Source: an uncultured Actinomycetota bacterium
Lineage (GTDB): Bacteria; Actinomycetota; Actinomycetes; CAVWCF01
NCBI GenBank assembly: GCA_963753435.1
Contig: CAVWCF010000001.1
Span: forward strand, 864,001 to 928,000
Direction: 5' to 3'
Length of the DNA: 64,000 nt
In this document: piece by piece, positions 1-10,703 of the stretch
How positions within the stretch are numbered: position 1 is the stretch's first letter
Layout of the letters: every line of letters begins with the position of its first letter
Notes under the pieces: model-generated
What the model saw: the letters and a program-made list of their open reading frames with translations, nothing else
What the model was told of the DNA's origin: nothing
Databases searched by the model: none
Made by a program: the position numbers and the translations under genes

Positions 1-641
1 TCGCGCAGCACGCCGAATTCCAGTGAGAACCAGAACACCTTGGACACGAACTCCAAGGCCGCCTCGGTCTCAACCCGGTTGACCGCCGCACCAGCCGCCC
101 GGTACAGCGCCGCCAGGCCTTCATGCGCAAGGCAATTGGCGTGCCCGACTACTTCGTGCACAACGTCCGGTTCGGGCGTATACAGCGGCACCGAGTGATG
201 GCGCATGTACTGCGTTGAGTAGAAGTGACCCCTAGCCAGGCTGCCGTAGAACTCGCGCAACGGGACCAGGCCCGCGGCGGGCAGGTACTCAAACCCACTG
301 GTGGGCGCGAGCAGGTCGGTCACTTCGGCCAACTGCGGGATGCGGTCCTCGGGTAACCCCAAGCGCTCCTTGCCCGCCAAGTACTCCGAGCACGCCAGTT
401 CCTCATGCAGGCGATGCAGTTCGGCCGACACCAGCGCCCACACCTCGTGCTCGGCCGGCAAGTACTCAACAGTTGGCACCGGCTGGCCAGGCCGCCAGTC
501 CAGGGCGAGACCGGCGATCTCGTTACGTCGGCGGCGATAGTCGGGGTCGGTGGCGCCGGGATGGTCCGCGCCCAGGTGGACTGTGACCGCGCCGTCATCC
601 GTGCGGGTCACCGGCGCGTACAACTGGGCTTCCTCGAACAC
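1..641 (-). CDS. phhA: Phenylalanine 4-monooxygenase (aromatic amino acid hydroxylase), 3' end beyond window edge
   Basis: Not in ORF track because it runs off the edge. Hand translation from GTG 641 gives MFEEAQLYAPVT...HPGATDPDYRRRRNEIA...FYSTQYMRHHSVPLYTPEPDVVHEVVGHA...KVFWFSLEFGVLR, with the hydroxylase motifs PEPDxxHExxGH and WFxxEFG. Confidence 0.92.
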   Translation of the reverse strand, partial: MFEEAQLYAPVTRTDDGAVTVHLGADHPGATDPDYRRRRNEIAGLALDWRPGQPVPTVEYLPAEHEVWALVSAELHRLHEELACSEYLAGKERLGLPEDRIPQLAEVTDLLAPTSGFEYLPAAGLVPLREFYGSLARGHFYSTQYMRHHSVPLYTPEPDVVHEVVGHANCLAHEGLAALYRAAGAAVNRVETEAALEFVSKVFWFSLEFGVLR

Positions 642-813
642 GGTCCCTAGGGCAGCACGCGCCACCTGAGTATGCAACCTGCCCGGTCAACGGTGGTCTT
701 GCTGTCCAGAACGCCCAGCGTCAGCGCAGATTCCTTGCTCATCATGTACACCCAATCCAAACGGTCGGAGCGGCGGTGTCGTCTGGGGCGGTCGGAGTTG
801 GCAGGATCGTGGG

Positions 814-1704
814 GTGCCGACGGCCCTGTTCGTGGACAACCTGTCCAAGCGTTTCGGTGCCGTCCTGGCGGTGGACGCGGTGACCTTCACCGTCCAGCCG
901 GGCCGGGTAACCGGCTTCCTCGGGCCGAATGGGGCCGGCAAGACAACAACCCTGCGCTGCCTGCTGGGCTTGGTCACCCCGACCACGGGCAGCACGCGCA
1001 TCGGCGAGCTGGCCTACCGGCAACTGGCCAAACCGCTGCAGACCGTGGGGGCTGCGCTTGAGGCCAGCGGCTTTCATCCCGGACGGACCGGGCGCAATCA
1101 CCTGCGCGTGCAGGCTGCGGCCGCCGGACTGCCCGACACCAGAGCCGACGAGTGCCTGGAACTGGTTGGGCTGGGAGACGCAGCGGGTCGGCGCGTGGAT
1201 GGCTACTCCCTGGGCATGCGCCAGCGGCTGGCGCTGGCCGCGGCATTGCTCGGCGATCCGGACGTGCTGATCCTGGACGAGCCGGGCAACGGCCTGGACC
1301 CGGCGGGCATGGCCTGGCTGCGCGGCCTGTTGCGCTGGCAGGCCGAGCAAGGCCGAACGGTGCTGCTGAGCAGTCACGTCCTCGCCGAGGTGGAGCAGAC
1401 CGTCGACGACATCGTGATCCTCAATCGCGGCCGGCTGGTTCACACCGGTGCGCTGCAAGATCTGACGCTCACTCCCAGCGTCGTCGTGCGTACCCCGCAA
1501 GCGGTGATCTTGAGTGAAACGCTGCGAGCCGGTGGCGCGGCGGTGGCAGAGCAGCCGGATGGGTCACTGCGCGTGGACGGCGTCGATTCCGCCGCTGTCG
1601 GCGCTGCCGCCTTGGTGTCCGGCGTGGAGTTGCACGAGTTGCGCACCGAACGCCGCGAGTTGGAGGACGTCTTCTTCTCCCTGACCGGAGATGCCGAGAA
1701 ATGA
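814..1704 (+). CDS. ABC transporter ATP-binding protein (BcrA-like exporter)
   Basis: Walker A GPNGAGKTT, signature YSLGMRQR, Walker B LILDEP, H-loop SSH. Confidence 0.93.
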   Translation: MPTALFVDNLSKRFGAVLAVDAVTFTVQPGRVTGFLGPNGAGKTTTLRCLLGLVTPTTGSTRIGELAYRQLAKPLQTVGAALEASGFHPGRTGRNHLRVQAAAAGLPDTRADECLELVGLGDAAGRRVDGYSLGMRQRLALAAALLGDPDVLILDEPGNGLDPAGMAWLRGLLRWQAEQGRTVLLSSHVLAEVEQTVDDIVILNRGRLVHTGALQDLTLTPSVVVRTPQAVILSETLRAGGAAVAEQPDGSLRVDGVDSAAVGAAALVSGVELHELRTERRELEDVFFSLTGDAEK

Positions 1705-2444
1705 CCATCCGGGCGGAGTTGCGCAAAGCGTTCACAACAAGAGTGGTGTGGGCGCTGCTGGTGGTGCTGGCCGCATTCGTGGCACTGAACGTCGTCGCTG
1801 GAGTGCTGGCCTCCGGACTTGAGGGCGCACCGAGCCTGCAAGAGGAATCCACGGTCCGGTCCATCTGGGCCAGCGCCGGGGCCGGCGGAGTCCTGGTTCT
1901 AGTCCTCGGGATCTTGGCCATGACTACCGAGTACCGGCACCAGACGATCACCGCGACTTTCCTGGCCACGCCCCGTCGGGGCCTGGTGGTGGCGACCAAG
2001 ATGGTCGCCTACGGCCTCATCGGCCTGCTATTCGCAGCCGTCGCCGCCGTGCTGACCTTGGCTCTGGCGCCGGTGCTCCTGAGCCTGCGCGACGCCGCCA
2101 CCGTGGACCCCGACACGATCGCCCGGATCGTCGTCGGTGGGGCGCTGGCAACCGCGCTGTATGGGGTCCTGGGCGTGGCCGTGGGGGCGTTGATCCGCAA
2201 TCAGATCGCCGCCGTGGTTGCCGCATTGGTCTGGGTACTGCTGGCCGAGGCGCTGCTTGTGGCGCTGTTGCCGGCCGTAGGTAAGTGGCTGCCTGGCGGC
2301 GCCGCCAATGCGCTTGTCCAGGTGACGTCGGCAGACGGGTCGTCGTTGCTGCCGGCCTGGGGAGGCGCGCTCCTGATGACCGGGTACGCGCTGGCTTTCG
2401 GGGTCCTGGCGGCACGGGTCACCGTGCGCCGCGACGTGACCTGA
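1701..2444 (+). CDS. ABC-2 type transporter permease
   Basis: ATGA overlap with the ATPase, about 6 hydrophobic segments, motif TTEYRHQTITATFLATPRR. Confidence 0.88.
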   Translation: MTIRAELRKAFTTRVVWALLVVLAAFVALNVVAGVLASGLEGAPSLQEESTVRSIWASAGAGGVLVLVLGILAMTTEYRHQTITATFLATPRRGLVVATKMVAYGLIGLLFAAVAAVLTLALAPVLLSLRDAATVDPDTIARIVVGGALATALYGVLGVAVGALIRNQIAAVVAALVWVLLAEALLVALLPAVGKWLPGGAANALVQVTSADGSSLLPAWGGALLMTGYALAFGVLAARVTVRRDVT

Positions 2445-2522
2445 TCCGCAGCGAGGTGCCGAGCCGGCGCCGGATAGGATTAATCGCCAATCCCCCGCGA
2501 CTTGAAGCATGGCGGTAGCCGC

Positions 2523-5500
2523 GTGTCTGAGACGAGTCAGTCCACTCCCGACGTCCCCGTTGCTGGGTTCGGCCCCAACGAATGGCTGGTGGACGAGATC
2601 TACCAGAAGTACCTGGCCGATCCACAGAGCGTGAATCGAGCCTGGTGGGACTTCTTCGCCGACTACCAACCCATGGACGCGCTGGTCACCAAGGCGGCCC
2701 CGCCGGCTTCCGAACCGGAAACCCCCGCACCCGGCACACCGACTTCGCTCGACGCCGCCGCTCCGGCCGTGGCGCCCCCAGGACCGGCGGCGCCAGCGGT
2801 TCCCGCTCCAGCCCCGGCCCCTGCTCCTGCTGCGGCCCCGGCACAGACCGCTCCCGCTGCAGCGGCTCCCGCGACAGCTCCGGCAGTTGCCCCTGCAGCC
2901 GAAGCCGCCGAAGGACCTGCCGGGCCCGAGGTGACCAGGCTGCGCGGGCCGGCGGCGCGTGTGGTGACCAACATGGAGTCATCGCTGGAGATCCCGACGG
3001 CGACAAGCGTGCGCGCGGTGCCGGCGAAACTCCTCATCGACAACCGCACCGTCATCAACAACCACCTGCGCCGCGGCCGCGGCGGCAAGGTGTCCTTCAC
3101 CCACCTGATCGGCTACGCACTGGTCCGCGCGGTCACCGACGTGCCCGCCATGAACGCCGCGTACGAGTTGGTCGACGGCAAACCCTCCGTGCTCACCCCG
3201 GAGCACGTGGCCCTTGGGCTGGCCATTGACCTGGCCAAGCCGGACGGCAGCCGCCAACTGCTGGTCCCGAGCATCAAGAATGCCGAGTCCCTGGACTTCG
3301 CCGCGTTCTGGGCCGCGTACGAGGACATGGTCCGACGGGCCCGCAACAACAAGCTCACCTTGGACGACTTCGCCGGCACGACCATCACGCTGACGAACCC
3401 GGGCACGATCGGGACCGTCCACTCCGTCCCGCGACTCATGCGCGGACAGGGCGCGATCATCGGCGTTGGGGCCATGGAGTACCCCGCGGAGTGGTCCGGC
3501 GCCAGCGAGGAGACCCTGGCCCGCCACGCGATCAGCAAGATCTTGACGCTGACGAGCACGTACGACCACCGCATCATCCAGGGCGCCCAATCCGGGGAGT
3601 TCCTGCGCCGCCTGCACCAGCTGCTGCTCGGCGCGGACGGCTTCTACGACGAGATCTTCGCCGCGCTGCGGATCCCCTACGAGCCGGTGCGCTGGGCGCC
3701 GGACATCTCGGCCTCGCACGAGGACGACGTCAACAAGACGGCCCGAGTACAGGAACTGATCCACGCCTACCGGGTCCGCGGGCACCTCATGGCGGACACC
3801 GATCCGCTGGAGTACGAGCAGCGGCGGCATCCGGACCTGGACATCGTCAACCACGGCCTGACGCTGTGGGACCTCGACCGCGAGTTCCCGACCGGCGGCT
3901 TCGGCGGGCGCAGCATGGCTCCGCTGCGGGAGATCCTCGGCATTCTTCGTGACTCGTATGTGCGAACCATCGGCATCGAGTACATGCACATCCAGGACCC
4001 GGTGCAGCGGCAGTGGATCCAGCAGCGGGTGGAGACACCGCTGGAGCGCCCGGATCGCGAGCAGCAACTACACATCCTGCGTCGCCTCAACGCCGCCGAA
4101 GCGTTCGAGACGTTCCTGCAGACCAAGTACGTAGGCCAGAAGCGCTTCAGCCTCGAAGGTGCCGAGTCGGTCATCCCACTGCTGGACGCCGTGCTGTCCC
4201 GGGCCGCCGAACGCGGCCTGGAGGAAGTTGCCATCGGCATGCCACACCGCGGCCGGCTGAACGTGCTGGCCAACATCGTCGGCAAGAGCTACGCGCAGAT
4301 CTTCCGCGAGTTCGAGGGCGGCATGGACCCGGGGACCGCGCACGGCTCCGGCGACGTGAAGTACCACCTCGGCGCCGAAGGCAGTTTCACCACACCCGAG
4401 GGTTGGTTGATCCCGGTCACCCTCGCCGCCAACCCCAGCCACTTGGAGGCCGTGGACCCGGTGCTGGAGGGGATGGTTCGCGCCAAGCAGGACCTGCTGG
4501 ATCAGGGCGACAAGTTCCCGGTTCTGCCGATCCTGCTGCACGGCGACGCGGCCTTCGCCGGTCAGGGTGTGGTCACCGAGACGCTGCACCTGTCGCAACT
4601 GCGCGGATACCGCACCGGCGGAACGATCCACGTGATCGTGAACAACCAGGTGGGCTTCACCACATCACCGACTTCGTCCCGATCCAGCGTCTACGCCTCC
4701 GATGCCGCCCGGATGATCCAGGCACCGATCTTCCACGTGAACGGCGACGACCCCGAGGCGTGCGCGCGGGTGGCACGGATGGCGTTCGAGTTCCGGCAGG
4801 CCTTCAAGAAGGACGTCGTCGTGGACTTGATCTGCTACCGCCGCCGCGGTCACAACGAGGCTGATGATCCTTCGCTGACTCAGCCGTTGATGTACTCGAT
4901 CATCGACAACAAGCGCAGCGTCCGCAAGCTCTACACCGAGCAACTGGTCGGCCGCGGCGACATCACGCTGGAGGAGGCCGAGGAGGCGCTGCGCGACTAC
5001 CAACAGCAGTTGGAGCGCGTGTTCCAAGAGACACGCAGCGCAGCCGCCGACCCCGCCGCCGAGCAACCGGCCGAGGTGGAGTTGACCGGGGAGATCGCCC
5101 TCGTGCCACGCGACGAGTCCCGCGAGCGGGCGACCGCAATCAGCGAGGCGACCATGAAGACGATCGCCACCGGGCAGGTCGCGGTCCCGGAAGGTTTCAC
5201 CGTCCACTCCCGGTTGGCCCCGCAGTTGCAGCGACGCGTCGACATGGTCGAGAAGGACGCGATCGACTGGGCCATGGGCGAGACCCTCGCATTCGGCTCA
5301 CTGCTGATGGAGGGCGTGGCCGTGCGGTTGGCCGGCCAGGACAGCAGGCGCGGCACGTTCGGACAGCGGCACGCCGTCTTCGTCGACCGGGTCACCGGCG
5401 AGGAGTACGCGCCGCTGCGTCACCTGTCCGCCGACCAGGCCAAGTTCCACGCCTACGACTCCCTGCTCAGCGAGTACGCCGCCATGGGCTTCGAATACGG

Positions 5501-6278
5501 CTACTCGGTGGCCCGCCCCGAAGCGCTGGTCCTCTGGGAGGCGCAGTTCGGCGACTTCGCAAATGGCGCCCAGATCATCATCGACCAGTTCATCGCCTCG
5601 TCTGAGCAGAAGTGGGGTGCGCAGGCGCCACTGACGCTGCTGCTGCCGCACGGTTACGAAGGACAGGGGCCGGAACACTCGTCCGCCCGCATCGAACGGT
5701 TCCTGACGCTTTGCGCCCAGGAGAACATGACGGTGGCCTACCCGAGCAGCCCGGCCAGTTACTTCCACCTGCTGCGCCGCCAGGGGCTGTCCAACGTCCG
5801 GCGGCCACTGGTGGTCTTCACCCCGAAGTCGATGCTTCGCTTGAAGGCCGCAGCCTCACCCGCCCGCGACTTCACCGAGGGCACTTTCCAGCCGGTTATC
5901 AGCGATTCGACCGTCGATGCGACCCAGGTACGCAGCGTGCTTTTGTGCGCCGGAAAGGTGTATCACGACCTGGTTGCCGCCCGAGCGGCTCAGGGCCGCA
6001 CCGACGTAGCCATCGTGCGCGTGGAGCGCCTGTACCCCCTCGCCGAGGCGGATCTGGCCGAACTGGCAGCGACCTTCCGCTCGGCGCAGGAGTTCCGCTG
6101 GGTTCAGGAGGAGCCGGCGAACATGGGCCCGTGGCCCTACATGGGCCTGCACCTGCCCCCGGTCCTTGGTCGGCCCATCACACCGATAACCCGCCCGGAG
6201 TCCTCATCGCCGGCCGTCGGCAGCCACCACCGGCACGAGGCGGAACAGGCCGACCTGCTCGCACGAGCACTGGGCTAA
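2523..6278 (+). CDS. kgd: Multifunctional 2-oxoglutarate decarboxylase/dehydrogenase E1 with E2-like domain
   Basis: [11 protein letters not shown]-terminus, [19 protein letters not shown] motif [33 protein letters not shown] 2523 chosen as likely start. Confidence 0.97.
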   Translation: MSETSQSTPDVPVAGFGPNEWLVDEIYQKYLADPQSVNRAWWDFFADYQPMDALVTKAAPPASEPETPAPGTPTSLDAAAPAVAPPGPAAPAVPAPAPAPAPAAAPAQTAPAAAAPATAPAVAPAAEAAEGPAGPEVTRLRGPAARVVTNMESSLEIPTATSVRAVPAKLLIDNRTVINNHLRRGRGGKVSFTHLIGYALVRAVTDVPAMNAAYELVDGKPSVLTPEHVALGLAIDLAKPDGSRQLLVPSIKNAESLDFAAFWAAYEDMVRRARNNKLTLDDFAGTTITLTNPGTIGTVHSVPRLMRGQGAIIGVGAMEYPAEWSGASEETLARHAISKILTLTSTYDHRIIQGAQSGEFLRRLHQLLLGADGFYDEIFAALRIPYEPVRWAPDISASHEDDVNKTARVQELIHAYRVRGHLMADTDPLEYEQRRHPDLDIVNHGLTLWDLDREFPTGGFGGRSMAPLREILGILRDSYVRTIGIEYMHIQDPVQRQWIQQRVETPLERPDREQQLHILRRLNAAEAFETFLQTKYVGQKRFSLEGAESVIPLLDAVLSRAAERGLEEVAIGMPHRGRLNVLANIVGKSYAQIFREFEGGMDPGTAHGSGDVKYHLGAEGSFTTPEGWLIPVTLAANPSHLEAVDPVLEGMVRAKQDLLDQGDKFPVLPILLHGDAAFAGQGVVTETLHLSQLRGYRTGGTIHVIVNNQVGFTTSPTSSRSSVYASDAARMIQAPIFHVNGDDPEACARVARMAFEFRQAFKKDVVVDLICYRRRGHNEADDPSLTQPLMYSIIDNKRSVRKLYTEQLVGRGDITLEEAEEALRDYQQQLERVFQETRSAAADPAAEQPAEVELTGEIALVPRDESRERATAISEATMKTIATGQVAVPEGFTVHSRLAPQLQRRVDMVEKDAIDWAMGETLAFGSLLMEGVAVRLAGQDSRRGTFGQRHAVFVDRVTGEEYAPLRHLSADQAKFHAYDSLLSEYAAMGFEYGYSVARPEALVLWEAQFGDFANGAQIIIDQFIASSEQKWGAQAPLTLLLPHGYEGQGPEHSSARIERFLTLCAQENMTVAYPSSPASYFHLLRRQGLSNVRRPLVVFTPKSMLRLKAAASPARDFTEGTFQPVISDSTVDATQVRSVLLCAGKVYHDLVAARAAQGRTDVAIVRVERLYPLAEADLAELAATFRSAQEFRWVQEEPANMGPWPYMGLHLPPVLGRPITPITRPESSSPAVGSHHRHEAEQADLLARALG

Positions 6279-6290
6279 ACGGTTCGGCCC

Positions 6291-6470
6291 ATGTACTTCA
6301 CCGACCGAGGCATCGAGGAGTTGCGCGAACGCCGCGGCGGCGAGGACGTCTCCATCGACTGGCTGGCCGAGCGGTTGCGCGAGTTCGTCGACATCAACCC
6401 TGACTTCGAGACCGCCGTGGAGCGACTGGCCACGTGGCTGGCTCGGCTTGACGAGGCGGACGAGGACTGA
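6291..6470 (+). CDS. Small conserved actinobacterial protein (DUF6104-like), 59 aa
   Basis: Below the ORF-track cutoff. MYFTDRGIEELRERRGGEDVSIDWLAERLREFVDINPDFETAVERLATWLARLDEADED; this family is usually found downstream of kgd. Confidence 0.85.
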   Translation: MYFTDRGIEELRERRGGEDVSIDWLAERLREFVDINPDFETAVERLATWLARLDEADED

Positions 6471-6520
6471 CCGACGCGCGGCCCTAAGTCGGCACGGCAA
6501 GCAGCAGGCGCAAGACCGAC

Positions 6521-7495
6521 TCAGACGGTAAGCACGATCTTTCCGAACGCCTCGCCACCAGCAAGCCGCTCGAACGCATCCCGCGCCTGCGCCAACTCGA
6601 ACACGCTGTCGATCAGCGGCTCCACACCGGCGGCGACCATGAACTCCATCAACTCGGCCAGTTCGGTCCGGGTGCCCATGGTGGAACCGATGACGGACAG
6701 TTGCAGGAAGTAGATGCGGTTCAGGTCCGCCGCCGGTCCGGCCCCCGACGTGGCCCCGCAAACGACTACCCGGCCGCCCGGGCGCAACGCCTTCAGCGAG
6801 TGCGACCAGGTGGCCGCTCCCACGCTTTCCATCACGGCATCGACCCGCTCGGGCAACCGCGCTCCCGGTTCGAAGCAGTCATGCGCCCCCAACTCGCGGG
6901 CTTGCTCGCGCCGACCCGCATCGCGGCTTGTCACCCATACGCGCAGGCCCATCGCCCGGCCCAGCACGATGAGGGCAGTCGAAACCCCGCCGCCAGCCCC
7001 CTGAACCAGGACGGTCTCCCCGGCTTCGAGCCGTCCGCGCGTGCGCAGCATCCGGTAGGCGGTCAACCATGCGGTCGGCACGCAGGCGGCCTGTTCAAAC
7101 GACCAGCCAGGCGGCTTCGGGATGATGTTGCGGCTGGGCACCCACACCCGTTCGGCCAAGGTGCCGTCATGCACTTCCGAGAGCAGGGAGCGCTTGGGGT
7201 CCAACGTCTCGTCACCCCCGCCGGCCGCGGGGTCCCCGATGACCGCGTGCACGACCACCTCTTCGCCCTGCGGCCCCAGGCCGGCCGCATCACAGCCCAA
7301 GACGATCGGTAGCCGGTCGGGGCTGATCCCCACGCCCTTCAACGTCCAGAGGTCGTGATGGTTCAGCGCGGCCGCTCGGACGGCCACCGGGACCCAGCCA
7401 TCCGGCCCGTCCGGGTCCGGGATCTGACCTACGCCGAGGCCGGCGAGTGGTTCGTCCGGGTTGATGGAGTCAGCGGTGACTGCGAGCACCGCCAC
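6521..7495 (-). CDS. Zinc-binding dehydrogenase / NADPH:quinone oxidoreductase (MDR family)
   Basis: AAALNHHDLW, VLGCDAAG, Rossmann motif VLVQGAGGGV, GSTMGT. Confidence 0.9.
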   Translation of the reverse strand: MAVLAVTADSINPDEPLAGLGVGQIPDPDGPDGWVPVAVRAAALNHHDLWTLKGVGISPDRLPIVLGCDAAGLGPQGEEVVVHAVIGDPAAGGGDETLDPKRSLLSEVHDGTLAERVWVPSRNIIPKPPGWSFEQAACVPTAWLTAYRMLRTRGRLEAGETVLVQGAGGGVSTALIVLGRAMGLRVWVTSRDAGRREQARELGAHDCFEPGARLPERVDAVMESVGAATWSHSLKALRPGGRVVVCGATSGAGPAADLNRIYFLQLSVIGSTMGTRTELAELMEFMVAAGVEPLIDSVFELAQARDAFERLAGGEAFGKIVLTV

Positions 7496-7498
7496 ACC

Positions 7499-8674
7499 CT
7501 AGGGCTGGCCGGAGGGGCGCCGGGCCACACCGTCGCGCACCGCGGCTGCGGCCACCGCCGCGGCAACGGCCGGGCCGACCCGCGGGTCGAACACCGACGG
7601 GATCACGTGGTCGGGGTCCAACTCGGCGGTGGCCACGTCGGCAATAGCGTCAGCAGCAGCCAACTTCATGGCCGGGGTGATGGCCGACGCGGAAACGCTC
7701 AGGGCGCCGCGAAAGACCCCCGGGAAGGCCAAGACGTTGTTCACCTGGTTGGGAAAGTCGCTGCGACCGGTAGCCACCACTGCGGCGAAACGCCGGGCCG
7801 CCTCCGGGGCGACCTCCGGGTCGGGGTTGGCCAGCGCAAACACGATCGGCTTGGGCGCCATCAGCTCCAAGAGCTCCGCGGCAACCCGGCCGGCGGAGAC
7901 ACCCACGAATACGTCGGCGCCCACCAAGGCGTCAGCAAGCGAACCGTCGAGGCCTTGAGTGTTGGTTCGGGCCAGCAGGTCCTGCTTCACATCGGACAGG
8001 TCGACACGACCCGGACCGATGATTCCGCGGGAATCGACCACAACCACGTCGCGAACATTGGCCTGCATCAGGATGGTGCTGACCGCGACCCCGGCCGCGC
8101 CGGCACCCATCACCACGACCCGCAGGTCGGTGAACTCCCGATCCAGAGCCCGGGCCGCATTGCGCAGGCCGGCGAGCACCACGATCGCCGTCCCGTGCTG
8201 GTCGTCGTGGAAGACCGGGATGTCCAGTGCCGCATCCAGGCGGCGCTCGATCTCGAAGCATCGGGGCGCGGAGATGTCCTCCAAGTTGATCCCGCCGAAG
8301 GACGGGGCGATGTTCACGATTGTGTCCACGACCGCCTCGACGTCACGACAATCCAGGCAGATCGGGACTGCATCGATTCCGGCGAACTGCTTGAACAGCA
8401 ACGCCTTGCCCTCCATGACCGGCAAGGCACCCGTGGGGCCGAGGTCACCGAGACCCAGCACTGCGCTGCCATCGGTGATCACGGCCACCGTGTTGGCTCG
8501 CCAGGTGTAGATGTCAGCGAGGGACTCGTCCGCGGCGACGGCCGAACTGACCTTGCCGACCCCGGGTGTGTACGCCATGGACAGCGCCGCGGCATCCGGG
8601 ACATCGATGGTGCTGCGCACCTCGATCTTCCCGCCCCGGTGAAGCCGGAAGATTGGGTCGTCGTCCAACGTCAT
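7499..8674 (-). CDS. NAD(P)-dependent malic enzyme
   Basis: AYTPGV, DGSAVLGLG, PVMEGK, NLEDI, FHDDQHGTA, GAGAAG, ATGRSDFPNQVNN. Confidence 0.95.
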   Translation of the reverse strand: MTLDDDPIFRLHRGGKIEVRSTIDVPDAAALSMAYTPGVGKVSSAVAADESLADIYTWRANTVAVITDGSAVLGLGDLGPTGALPVMEGKALLFKQFAGIDAVPICLDCRDVEAVVDTIVNIAPSFGGINLEDISAPRCFEIERRLDAALDIPVFHDDQHGTAIVVLAGLRNAARALDREFTDLRVVVMGAGAAGVAVSTILMQANVRDVVVVDSRGIIGPGRVDLSDVKQDLLARTNTQGLDGSLADALVGADVFVGVSAGRVAAELLELMAPKPIVFALANPDPEVAPEAARRFAAVVATGRSDFPNQVNNVLAFPGVFRGALSVSASAITPAMKLAAADAIADVATAELDPDHVIPSVFDPRVGPAVAAAVAAAAVRDGVARRPSGQP

Positions 8675-8704
8675 CGACTGCTCCTCAGCGCCGTTCGCTA
8701 CCGG

Positions 8705-9037
8705 TCATGGTTTCACGTGCTTTCGTCGTGCAGCGGTGAACAGGGCTGGGCGTGGAGCCAGCCGGGCGACCACAACGGCCACCACCGCATCGGACCCGAT
8801 CGGTCCCAGCGACCACGAGTCGACGCCCGCTCGCGGATTGTCCCGCTCGACGAACCATCCGCCCGGTTCCCGCCGGGTCGCTCGCTTCACCGCCAGCGGG
8901 CGTTCGCCGGGCAACTGCACCAAGACCAGGTCCCCCGCTTGCACCTGCCGACCGTAGGAGACCAACAGCCGATCGCCTTCGCGCAGCGTCGGCTGCATGG
9001 ACTCGCCGGCCACCGTCGCGATTCCCCAACGACCCAC
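8705..9037 (-). CDS. sodX: Nickel SOD maturation protease (S26 family)
   Basis: VAGESMQPTL (catalytic Ser), AVKR (Lys), DNP...DSW, and divergent from sodN. Start is uncertain: GTG 9037 chosen, ORF open to 9115. Confidence 0.85.
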   Translation of the reverse strand: MGRWGIATVAGESMQPTLREGDRLLVSYGRQVQAGDLVLVQLPGERPLAVKRATRREPGGWFVERDNPRAGVDSWSLGPIGSDAVVAVVVARLAPRPALFTAARRKHVKP

Positions 9038-9117
9038 TGCACCTCCCGACTGTCGCTTGCCGGTGGGCAACGCTAATGTCGGCATTCGATTCCCGCTGAT
9101 CCCGAAAGGAAGCATCC

Positions 9118-9519
9118 ATGCTGCGTCGCGTGTTCGCTCCCCGCATCACCGTCCACGCCCATTGCGACCTCCCGTGCGGGATCTACGACCCCGCTCAGGC
9201 TCGCATCGAGGCCCAGTCGGTCAAGGCCTGCATGGAGAAGTACCACGGGTCCGAGGATGCCGACTTCCGCGCCCGGGCCATCAGCATCAAGGAAGAGCGC
9301 TCGCACTTGGTCAAGGAGCACCTGTGGGTGCTTTGGACCGACTACTTCAAGCCTCCGCACTTCGAGAAGTACCCGGAGTTGCACGAGCTGTTCAACTCAG
9401 CGACCAAACTGGCCGGTGCGGCTGGGACCAAGGGCACGGTCGACGTCGCCGTCGCCGACGAGCTCCTGGCCAAGATCGACCGCATCGCCGAGATCTTCGC
9501 GGAGACGAAGCAAGGCTGA
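9118..9519 (+). CDS. sodN: Nickel superoxide dismutase precursor
   Basis: 14-aa leader followed by the Ni-hook HCDLPCGIYDP; LWTDYFK; SD AAGGAAG. Confidence 0.97.
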   Translation: MLRRVFAPRITVHAHCDLPCGIYDPAQARIEAQSVKACMEKYHGSEDADFRARAISIKEERSHLVKEHLWVLWTDYFKPPHFEKYPELHELFNSATKLAGAAGTKGTVDVAVADELLAKIDRIAEIFAETKQG

Positions 9520-9557
9520 TCCACCGCGCGACGGGGTCGGCTCGCTAGCGTCAGCCC

Positions 9558-9920
9558 ATGGCGGCGCCCCTGCTACTGACGGTCCCTGCGGATCCGGCCT
9601 ATGTGGTTGTGCTTCGTGCCGCTACCGCGGCCGTCGCCAGTCGCGCCGGCTTCGGGCTGGACCAGATCGAGGATCTGCGGCTCGCCGTCGATGAGCTTGC
9701 CGCGTTGGCGCTGGCCGAACCGGGAACAACTGCTGACATCCAGTTGACCCTGGACGCATCCGACGCCGGGGTCCTGCTGCAGTTGCGCTTCAGCGGTTCG
9801 GCCCTCCCCGAAGACGGATTCGGCTGGATGGTGCTGCGTTCCCTGGCTTCCTCGGCGGAGCAGGTAGCCGAGGACGGCCACGTCACCGTCACTCTGCACG
9901 CAGTGGGCCAGAGCGGATGA
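9558..9920 (+). CDS. Anti-sigma factor, RsbW/PrsH-like
   Basis: VPADPAYVVVLR...DQIEDLRLAVDE; ATGA-coupled to a SigB/F-type sigma factor. Confidence 0.82.
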   Translation: MAAPLLLTVPADPAYVVVLRAATAAVASRAGFGLDQIEDLRLAVDELAALALAEPGTTADIQLTLDASDAGVLLQLRFSGSALPEDGFGWMVLRSLASSAEQVAEDGHVTVTLHAVGQSG

Positions 9921-10690
9921 GCATCCCGCGGCAACCGACCCCGGAGGCGGCGGAGGTCCGCGAGCGCTTCCGGCTCATGCGCGCGGCACCGCCGGGCTCG
10001 GAGCAGCGGCAGCAGTTGCGCGAGTCCTTGGCCACTCAACACCTGGGCCTGGTCCGCGCCGTCGCGCTGCGGTTCCGGGACCGGGGCGAGTCCGTCGATG
10101 ACCTCGTCCAGGTCGGGTCGGTGGGGCTGCTGAAGGCGATCGACCGGTTCGACCCTGAGCATGGGGCGGCCTTTTCCTCCTTCGCCCTGCCCACGATCAG
10201 CGGCGAGATCAAACGGCACTTCCGCGATCACACCTGGGCGGTGCGGGTGCCACGCCGGCTGCAGGAACTGCGCATGGCGCTGACGAGCCGGACCGAGGAC
10301 CTGCGCCAACAATTGGGCCGATCCCCCACTGTTGCGGAGTTAGCGGCTGACCTTTCCGTCAGCAGCGAAGACGTCCTGGAGGCGCTGGAAGCCGCCGACG
10401 CCTACACGGCGGTGCCGCTGGATGCCCCCATCGACACTGATGGCGCAACAGCGGCTGAGCGGCTCGGTGGTCTGGATCTCGGCATGCTCCGAGTGGAGGA
10501 CCGCGAGGCGCTGGCACCGGTCCTGGACTCCCTGCCGGATCGCGAACGGCGCGTGCTGCATCTGCGCTTCGTGGAAAACCGAACCCAAAGCGAGATCGCC
10601 ACCGAGATCGGGGTTTCGCAGATGCATGTGTCCCGCATCCTGGCGCGAACACTGGCGACCCTGCGGCAGGCGCTGGTCCAACCCGCCTAG
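9917..10690 (+). CDS. RNA polymerase sigma factor, SigB/SigF family
   Basis: DDLVQVGSVGLLKAIDRFDP, PTISGEIKRHFRD, region 4 TQSEIA...SQMHVSR. Confidence 0.95.
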   Translation: MSIPRQPTPEAAEVRERFRLMRAAPPGSEQRQQLRESLATQHLGLVRAVALRFRDRGESVDDLVQVGSVGLLKAIDRFDPEHGAAFSSFALPTISGEIKRHFRDHTWAVRVPRRLQELRMALTSRTEDLRQQLGRSPTVAELAADLSVSSEDVLEALEAADAYTAVPLDAPIDTDGATAAERLGGLDLGMLRVEDREALAPVLDSLPDRERRVLHLRFVENRTQSEIATEIGVSQMHVSRILARTLATLRQALVQPA

Positions 10691-10703
10691 CGTCGCGCCG
10701 CAG

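Noticed and set aside
2690-2930. Pro/Ala-rich low-complexity stretch in kgd
   Set aside because: Ordinary flexible linker of actinobacterial Kgd, not a DNA repeat element.
7355-9076. 573-aa plus-strand ORF, and similar long antisense ORFs such as 28294..29835, 37102..38445 and 58912..60321
   Set aside because: Shadow ORFs opposite well-supported genes; expected in high-GC DNA and without recognisable motifs.
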